Shown here in pieces: positions 54,583 to 60,193 of a stretch of 60,193 nucleotides of DNA. This stretch comes from Candidatus Limnocylindrales bacterium (lineage in GTDB: Bacteria; Chloroflexota; Limnocylindria; Limnocylindrales; CSP1-4). The translations under genes and the position numbers were made by a program. The stretch is from positions 1 through 60,193 of the forward strand of contig DASSHA010000037.1 in the NCBI GenBank assembly GCA_035693145.1, given 5' to 3'. The notes beneath the pieces were generated by a model that made no database searches, was not told where the DNA came from, and worked only from the letters and a program-made list of their open reading frames with translations. Numbering within the stretch: the first letter of the stretch is position 1; each line of letters begins with the position of its first letter.

Positions 54583-56130
54583 TCACGAGCCCGGGCTCGA
54601 TGAAGAATTCGCCACGTCGGCGCTCGCCTGCCCCGGGACTCGGGCGGGCAGCGGCCGGCTCGATTCCGGCGCCGTCCCGGGCGTCGGCGCGGTCGAGCCA
54701 TCCGGCGCGGGCGCCTCGACGACCGCCCGCGGATCGCGCGGCAGGAAGACGTGGAATGTCGTCCCTGCCCCAACCGCGCTGTCGACTGTCACCCGTCCGG
54801 CGTGGATGTCGACGATGGACTTCACGATCGCCAGCCCGAGTCCGCTGCCGCTGCTTCGAACCTCGTTCGCGTGTGAGCCGCGGTAGAAGCGCTCGAAGAT
54901 CCGCGGCAGCTCCGACTCGTCGATCCCCACGCCAGTGTCTGCGACGACGAGCTCGGCCCCGTCGGGATGCGAGCGCAGCTCGACGGTCACGCGACCGCCC
55001 TGCGGCGTGAACTTGAGCGCGTTGCCGACGAGGTTCGCCACGACCTGACCGATGCGTTGCGGATCGTGCCGGATCCGGACGGGGCTGTCGGGCAGTGCCA
55101 GCCGCAAGGCGACACCGCGCCGACGAGCGCTCGGCTCGGCCTGCTCGACGGCCGATTCGACCACCGCGCGCAGGTCGTCGGGGCGGAGGTCGGGCTCGAC
55201 GAGCCCCGACTCGAGCTTCGAGAGCTCGAGCAGGTTCTGGGCGAGCCAATCGAGCCGCTCGAGCTGGACCGCGCTGGCGTCGAGGAACTCGCGTCGAGCC
55301 GCGGGGTCGTCGCCGGCGTGCTCCTGGAGCAGCTCGACGAACGTCCGGATCGCGGCGATCGGGGTCCGGAGCTCGTGTGACACGTCGGCCAGGAAGTCAC
55401 GACTTCGGTCGCGATCCCGCCGAATGATCTCCACGCTCTGCTCGAGTCGATCCGCCATGGTGTTGAACTGGCCGGCGAGCTCCGCGATCTCGGAGCTGCC
55501 CGCACTTGCCGGGCCTAGGTCGACGCGCCGCGAAAGGTCGCCCTCGGAAAGGGCTCCGGCCGCCTCCGTGAGACGCCGGATCGGCGTCGTGAACCGTCGC
55601 GCGAGGACGGCCGCGACGATGACCGCAAGCCCGAGCGCGATCACGGCGAGCACGACGAGGAGCGTCGTCGCCTGCGCGAGCGTCGAGGCACGGAACGTGT
55701 AGGCACCCGAGAGCGCGATCTCGATTCCGTAGGCATGCGCCGTCCCGACCGACCAGGCGTCGTCGAAGCGCGCATCGGGGTCGCGTGCCTGTCCGGGCGC
55801 GGGCTCGTCGGCGAGCCGGGCCGAGAAGACGGCGTCCGTCGCGGGCGTCACGGTCAGCCCCGTCGCGACGCCGGGGTGAACCGTCCCGATCGTGATCTTC
55901 ACGTCGGCCTGGGCGATGCGGGCCAGGAGCGCGACGACGCCCGGGGTGAGCGCGTCCTGTCTGATCGACGGGTCGAGGCTCCCGTTCGCGTCGACGGCCG
56001 GGCCGCCTCCCGTCGCGCGGTCGATCGCGACCGTGGCAAAGTCGCGGACAGTCTCGGCCCGGGCGCCGAGGTCGGCGGTCACCTGATCGTGGATGAAGTC
56101 GTCGAGGCGGTTGATGACGACGGCGGACAC
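54583..56130 (-). CDS. sensor histidine kinase (HAMP-HisKA-HATPase); true start probably upstream of 56130
   Basis: H box SHELRTP, N box VGNALKFT, G boxes DTGVGI and GSGLGLAI. The first canonical start is GTG 56130, but the frame stays open upstream and encodes a typical TM1 (see findings). Confidence 0.85.
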   Translation of the reverse strand: MSAVVINRLDDFIHDQVTADLGARAETVRDFATVAIDRATGGGPAVDANGSLDPSIRQDALTPGVVALLARIAQADVKITIGTVHPGVATGLTVTPATDAVFSARLADEPAPGQARDPDARFDDAWSVGTAHAYGIEIALSGAYTFRASTLAQATTLLVVLAVIALGLAVIVAAVLARRFTTPIRRLTEAAGALSEGDLSRRVDLGPASAGSSEIAELAGQFNTMADRLEQSVEIIRRDRDRSRDFLADVSHELRTPIAAIRTFVELLQEHAGDDPAARREFLDASAVQLERLDWLAQNLLELSKLESGLVEPDLRPDDLRAVVESAVEQAEPSARRRGVALRLALPDSPVRIRHDPQRIGQVVANLVGNALKFTPQGGRVTVELRSHPDGAELVVADTGVGIDESELPRIFERFYRGSHANEVRSSGSGLGLAIVKSIVDIHAGRVTVDSAVGAGTTFHVFLPRDPRAVVEAPAPDGSTAPTPGTAPESSRPLPARVPGQASADVANSSSSPGS

Positions 56131-56242
56131 GAGCGCGAGTGTGAGCGCGGTGACGCCGACGAAGCTGAGGGTGAGGCGGAGCTGGAGCGACTGGCGGACG
56201 AGATGGCGGAGCCGCCGGGGGAGCGTCGGATGGGCGCGCTCG

Positions 56243-56941
56243 TCAGCGCTCCGCGAAGGCGTAGCCGACTCCCCGAACCGTGAGCACGAACTGCGGCGCC
56301 GACGGGTCGTCCTCGATCTTGTCTCGCAGATGGCTGACGTGGACGTTGATCGTCTTGTCGTCCTGGTCGAGCGCCTCGTAGTCGCGGATCAGCTCGAGCA
56401 GCTCGGGACGTGTATAGACGCGGCCTGGTCGGCCCGCGAGGTGTCTGAGGATCTCGAACTCGGTCGGCGTCAGGCTGATCCGCCGGTTGCCGCGCTGGAC
56501 ACGCCTGCGTTCGAGGTCGATGACCAGGTCGTGGTGGCGGATGACGCGGCCGCCGGCGGCGTCGGAGAGATCGCCGTAGGCACGTCGGAGGAGCGCCTTG
56601 ATCCGGCTCATCAGCTCTCGCAGGCCGAACGGCTTCGTCACGTAGTCATCCGCCCCGAGCTCGAGGCCGATGACCTTGTCGACCTCGTCGTCGCGGGCCG
56701 TCAGGAACAGCACCGGCGCCTTGACACCCGAAGCGCGCATTCGGCGGAGCGTCTCGAACCCGTCCATGCCGGGCAACCGCACGTCGAGCAGCACGAGGTC
56801 GGGCGCCTGCGTGGTCGCGAACTCCAGGCCTTCCTCGCCCGATCGGGCGACCGCGACCTGGTAGCCCTCCTGTTGGAGCGCGTACTGGATCCCGCGGGCG
56901 ACCGCGTGCTCGTCCTCGACGATCAGGATCGTGGCGGCCAT
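56243..56941 (-). CDS. OmpR/PhoB-family response regulator
   Basis: ATG 56941 (MAATILIVEDE). DLVLLDVRLPGMDG and KPF, then the winged helix LTPTEFEILRHL...VRGVGYAF. Confidence 0.93.
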   Translation of the reverse strand: MAATILIVEDEHAVARGIQYALQQEGYQVAVARSGEEGLEFATTQAPDLVLLDVRLPGMDGFETLRRMRASGVKAPVLFLTARDDEVDKVIGLELGADDYVTKPFGLRELMSRIKALLRRAYGDLSDAAGGRVIRHHDLVIDLERRRVQRGNRRISLTPTEFEILRHLAGRPGRVYTRPELLELIRDYEALDQDDKTINVHVSHLRDKIEDDPSAPQFVLTVRGVGYAFAER

Positions 56942-57021
56942 CGCGCCGGGAGCGTACACCGCACGCCGACCGCGAGCGCGCGACGGGACCGAACGGGCGC
57001 GGATGCTATCCTCCCGGCCCG

Positions 57022-57687
57022 ATGCCGACGAACAGACCAACCCTCCTCGCGAACCGGCGAACCGTCACCGGCAAGGCCGTCGCCCGACTCCGTCGGGATG
57101 GCCGGCTGCCGGCCGTCGTCTACGGCCACGGGGTCGATTCGGAGAATGTCGCGCTCGATACCCACGAGTTCGAGCTGCTGCGGCGCCGGATCGGCACGAA
57201 CGCCCTCGTCGACCTGACCGTCGACGGGGCGAAGCCGCGCCCGGTCCTCGTCCACGGCGTCCAGGTCGACGTCGTGAGCCGTCGCCCGCTGCATGTCGAC
57301 CTGTTCGTCGTCCGGATGACCGAAGAGCTGACGGTCGATGTCCCGCTCGTCCCGACCGGCGTCGCTCCGGCGGTCGATGCCCTCGGCGGCACGCTCATCC
57401 ACGTCTCCGAACGGCTTCGTGTTCGTGCACTGCCAGGCAACATCCCGGACTCGCTGCCGTATGCGATCGACGCGCTCACGGACTTCGACGCAGCGGTCCA
57501 CGTCCGGGACCTCGCCGTGCCCGACGGCGCGACGATCCTCGCGGACCCGGATGACGTCGTCGCCAAGGTCGAGCGACCGCGGGTCGAGGCGGCCGAGGTC
57601 CCGGAGGCGGCGGAGGCGGAGGCTGCCGAAGGCGCAGCCGCGCCGGCCGAGGGGACTCCCGGCGGCGACGAGGCCGGCGAGAGCTAG
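57022..57687 (+). CDS. rplY: 50S ribosomal protein L25 / general stress protein Ctc
   Basis: RTVTGKAVARLRRDGRLPAVVYGHG and HVDLFVV. Acidic Ala/Glu-rich C-terminal extension. Confidence 0.9.
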   Translation: MPTNRPTLLANRRTVTGKAVARLRRDGRLPAVVYGHGVDSENVALDTHEFELLRRRIGTNALVDLTVDGAKPRPVLVHGVQVDVVSRRPLHVDLFVVRMTEELTVDVPLVPTGVAPAVDALGGTLIHVSERLRVRALPGNIPDSLPYAIDALTDFDAAVHVRDLAVPDGATILADPDDVVAKVERPRVEAAEVPEAAEAEAAEGAAAPAEGTPGGDEAGES

Positions 57688-57706
57688 TCGCGCGCAAGCC
57701 GCTCGC

Positions 57707-58549
57707 TCAGGGCCGCGTTGCCGTCAGCTCGACGACCGGCACCCGCCAGGCGAAATCGGACGGGCGCAGCCGCCCCAGCCGTCGTTGCGCCGCGCGCCGG
57801 AGCCGCACCCGGTCTCCGGAGCTGAGCCCCGAGAAGAGATCCCACTCGTCGTACAGCTCGAGGAAGTCGAGATACGACTCGCGGTTCCAGTCGTGGGCGA
57901 GCGTCAGGGCGCGCCCGCGGACGTCCCGGAAGCCGGCGTGCCGCACCTGGGCGACGGCGGCCTCGACCGAGGGGAGGTCGCCGCTTCGTGACTCTTCGTC
58001 GACCTCGTCCTCCTCGATCCCGACGTCCGCGACGGCGTCGTCGAAGGCGTCGTCGGGGAGCCAGCGCTCGCCGCGCCGGCCGGCGAGCCAGGTCACGAAT
58101 GCCAGCGTCCCGCCGGGCCGCAGGACGCGCCGGATCTCGCGCAGCACGCGACCCCGGTCGGGAACGAGCTGGAGGACGAACGAGCTGACGACGAGGTCGA
58201 ACGAGCCGTCCGGCAGCGGCATGCGATCGGCGCCGGCGACGACGAGGTCGACGCGGGCCCGTTGGCTGTCCTCGAGGTCGCTATCGGCGATGGCTTCGGC
58301 GGCGGCGAGCATGCCCCGCGAGGCGTCGAGCGCGGTGACGCGCGCGGACGGCCAACGCCGAACGGCGGCCCGGGTGAGGGTCCCGGTGCCGGCGCCGAGG
58401 TCGAGGATCCGCGTGGGCTCGACCGGCGCGAGCGCCTCGTCGGCCGTGTCGAGGAGACCGATCGCGGTCGGCGCGAGCACTGGCGCCCACCAGCGTTCGT
58501 AGCGCGCCGCCGACGCGTCGTAGCGCTCGGCCATCGATCGGCTCGTCAC
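57707..58549 (-). CDS. class I SAM-dependent methyltransferase
   Basis: ILDLGAGTGTLT (motif I), VTALDAS and LRPGGTLAFV. Confidence 0.8.
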   Translation of the reverse strand: MTSRSMAERYDASAARYERWWAPVLAPTAIGLLDTADEALAPVEPTRILDLGAGTGTLTRAAVRRWPSARVTALDASRGMLAAAEAIADSDLEDSQRARVDLVVAGADRMPLPDGSFDLVVSSFVLQLVPDRGRVLREIRRVLRPGGTLAFVTWLAGRRGERWLPDDAFDDAVADVGIEEDEVDEESRSGDLPSVEAAVAQVRHAGFRDVRGRALTLAHDWNRESYLDFLELYDEWDLFSGLSSGDRVRLRRAAQRRLGRLRPSDFAWRVPVVELTATRP

Positions 58550-58615
58550 GCGCCGATCGTGCCATGCGCATCCGGCCCGGATCAGCCGATCCCGTGCTCC
58601 GTCCTTCGACCCCGC

Positions 58616-59623
58616 CTAGGCTGCGTCGCCGGGGACGACGTCGGGCGGGGACGGTGGGCGGGTGATGCCGAGCCGCCGGACGACGAACAGGATGATGGCG
58701 ATCACGATGCCCAGGAAGAGGAGCACGGGGATCCAGACGATCCCGAACCAGATCCCGGCCCCGGCCCCGGCCTGGAGCAGATCGACCAGGGACGCCGTCG
58801 CACGGTCCACCTCGGCCCCCGGATCCCAGCCCTTCGCCGCCTCGGTCACGGCGACGATCGGGAGGCTGTACGTCACGCTGAGCGTGCCGAGCGCTGCCTG
58901 GTCGGCGAGATGCGCACGCTGCGCGTCGAGCTGCTCGATCTGTCCCCGAACGTCGGACAGCCGGGCTTCGACGTCGAGGATGTCCTGGACCTTCGTGGCC
59001 TTCTCGAGGATCGACTGGAGGGCCTTCTCCGACGCCCGGAGGTTGTCGATCCGGGCGTTGAGGTCGATCAGCTGGCCGGTGACCTCGACGGCGTCCGTCT
59101 GCTCGCTGACGACCTTCGTCGCAAGCCCACGGAACGACCCGAGCGCGGCGTCCCATCGATCCGCCGGGATGCGGTAGGCGACAGTCGCCGTGGGCCGATC
59201 GCCGTCGTTCGTCTGGCGGGACTGTCCGACGTACCCGCCCATCGCGACGATCGCGTCATGCGCCTTGGCGACTGCGGCATCGAGGTCGGCGACCTGGACG
59301 CTCATGCTGCCCGTCTTGACGATCTTCGCGCCGTCGACGGGCGCCTGCTGCGGGTTTCCGCCGTTGCCCGTGCCGGAGCCGTTTCCCCCGCCGCCCGTCG
59401 ATCCGGTGCCGATCCCCGGCGCTCCGGTCGCACCCTGATAGTCGTTGCCGGCGGTCGATGGGCCGGCCGGCGCCTGGCCCAGGCCCTCGCCACCGACCGA
59501 GTTGCCGACGTTCGAGAGGATTGCCGCCGAGCCCGAGCAGGCGGCGACCATGGCCGAGACGGCGATGAGCACGAACAGGACGCGAAGTCGGGCCGCCTTC
59601 GGCGCACGGTTGCTGATCGACAT
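58616..59623 (-). CDS. DUF4349-like lipoprotein with a coiled-coil region and a C-terminal TM
   Basis: ATG 59623 follows GGAGGGAG. The lipobox is AVSAMVAAC, followed by a Gly-rich linker. IVKTGSMSVQV...YRIPADRW...LIDLNARIDNL resembles DUF4349. C-terminal TM segments are present. Confidence 0.7.
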   Translation of the reverse strand: MSISNRAPKAARLRVLFVLIAVSAMVAACSGSAAILSNVGNSVGGEGLGQAPAGPSTAGNDYQGATGAPGIGTGSTGGGGNGSGTGNGGNPQQAPVDGAKIVKTGSMSVQVADLDAAVAKAHDAIVAMGGYVGQSRQTNDGDRPTATVAYRIPADRWDAALGSFRGLATKVVSEQTDAVEVTGQLIDLNARIDNLRASEKALQSILEKATKVQDILDVEARLSDVRGQIEQLDAQRAHLADQAALGTLSVTYSLPIVAVTEAAKGWDPGAEVDRATASLVDLLQAGAGAGIWFGIVWIPVLLFLGIVIAIILFVVRRLGITRPPSPPDVVPGDAA

Positions 59624-59699
59624 CACGCACCTCACTCCCTCCGGCGGGCGCCGGCGGCAACCCGAGGACGCCGCGAGGCGGCCGTCGGTTCCTGCCTCG

Positions 59700-59705
59700 T
59701 ATAGT
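59700..59705 (+). promoter_or_regulatory. -10-like TATAGT 6 nt upstream of the ligase ATG (leaderless-style)
   Basis: Seen directly. Confidence 0.4.
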
Positions 59706-59711
59706 CGCCCG

Positions 59712-60193
59712 ATGCGACTTCCGTTCGATCCCCCGCTCGAGCCGATGCTCGCGAAGCCGGCGCCAGGCCTGCCCGACGGAGACGGCTGGCTGTACGAGCC
59801 CAAGTGGGACGGTTTCCGGGCGATCGTGTTTCGGGACGGCGACGAGATCCTCACCCAGTCGCGCGACCTGAAGCCGCTCGATCGTTACTTCCCCGAGCTC
59901 GCGGCACCCCTTCGGGCGAGCCTGCCCCAGCGCTGCGTGCTCGACGGTGAGGTCGTCATCAGGACCGGCGACCGGCTCGACTTCGACGCGCTGCTCCTTC
60001 GGATCCACCCCGCAGAATCGCGGGTCAGGATGCTCGCCGAGCAGACGCCGGCGAGCTTCGTCGCCTGGGACATCCTCGCGCTGGACGACGAGGACCTGCG
60101 CCCGACGCCGCAGGGCGAGCGGCGGGAGCGACTGGAGGGCGTGTTGGTCGCCGCCGACCCGCCCGTCCACGTGACGCCTGCGACGCGCGATCG
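59712..60193 (+). CDS. ATP-dependent DNA ligase (LigC/LigD ligase-domain type), 3' end beyond the window
   Basis: Not in the ORF track (no stop inside window). My translation is MRLPFDPPLEPMLAKPAPGLPDGDGWLYEPKWDGFRAIVFRDG...LDGEVV, with the KxDG adenylation motif. Confidence 0.85.
   Translation, partial: MRLPFDPPLEPMLAKPAPGLPDGDGWLYEPKWDGFRAIVFRDGDEILTQSRDLKPLDRYFPELAAPLRASLPQRCVLDGEVVIRTGDRLDFDALLLRIHPAESRVRMLAEQTPASFVAWDILALDDEDLRPTPQGERRERLEGVLVAADPPVHVTPATRD

Overview
This is about 60 kb of a very GC-rich bacterial chromosome (GC not computed; by eye well above 65 percent). I call 57 protein-coding genes (two run off the window edges), one tRNA-Glu, several LexA operators, promoter-like elements, hairpin terminators and four short tandem repeats.

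The content is core/housekeeping rather than accessory:
- replication and SOS genes (dnaB, lexA, dinB, an ATP-dependent DNA ligase);
- ribosomal proteins L9 and L25, argS, galU and a PASTA Ser/Thr kinase;
- an OmpR-type two-component system with an HtrA protease, and an ECF sigma/anti-sigma pair;
- an unusual concentration of one-carbon/folate genes (fchA-folD-fhs; hutH, hutU, hutI plus glutamate formimidoyltransferase; tdh-kbl; folC-folP-folB);
- three polytopic GT-C-like membrane proteins at 7.6-12.2 kb.

Lineage hints (inference only) point to Actinobacteria- or Chloroflexota-like Terrabacteria. They are GAAC-N4-GTTC LexA boxes, frequent GTG/TTG starts, many 4-nt ATGA/GTGA stop-start overlaps, -10-like hexamers 6-7 nt before start codons (leaderless style) and a possible DUF2298/Chlor_Arch_YYY-like protein. 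I saw no transposase, integrase, phage, CRISPR, restriction or toxin-antitoxin genes.

The most interesting item is a self-contained, doubly LexA-operated mini-gene (13509-13975) right after dinB, encoding an 86-aa protein of unknown function. The second is an 11-bp x4 tandem repeat at the folD-fhs junction that creates a relay of GTGA-overlapping 4-codon mini-ORFs.

All product calls rest on motif recognition from memory, not database searches. Most long Arg/Pro/Gly/Ala-rich ORFs in the supplied track are antisense or off-frame shadows of the real genes.
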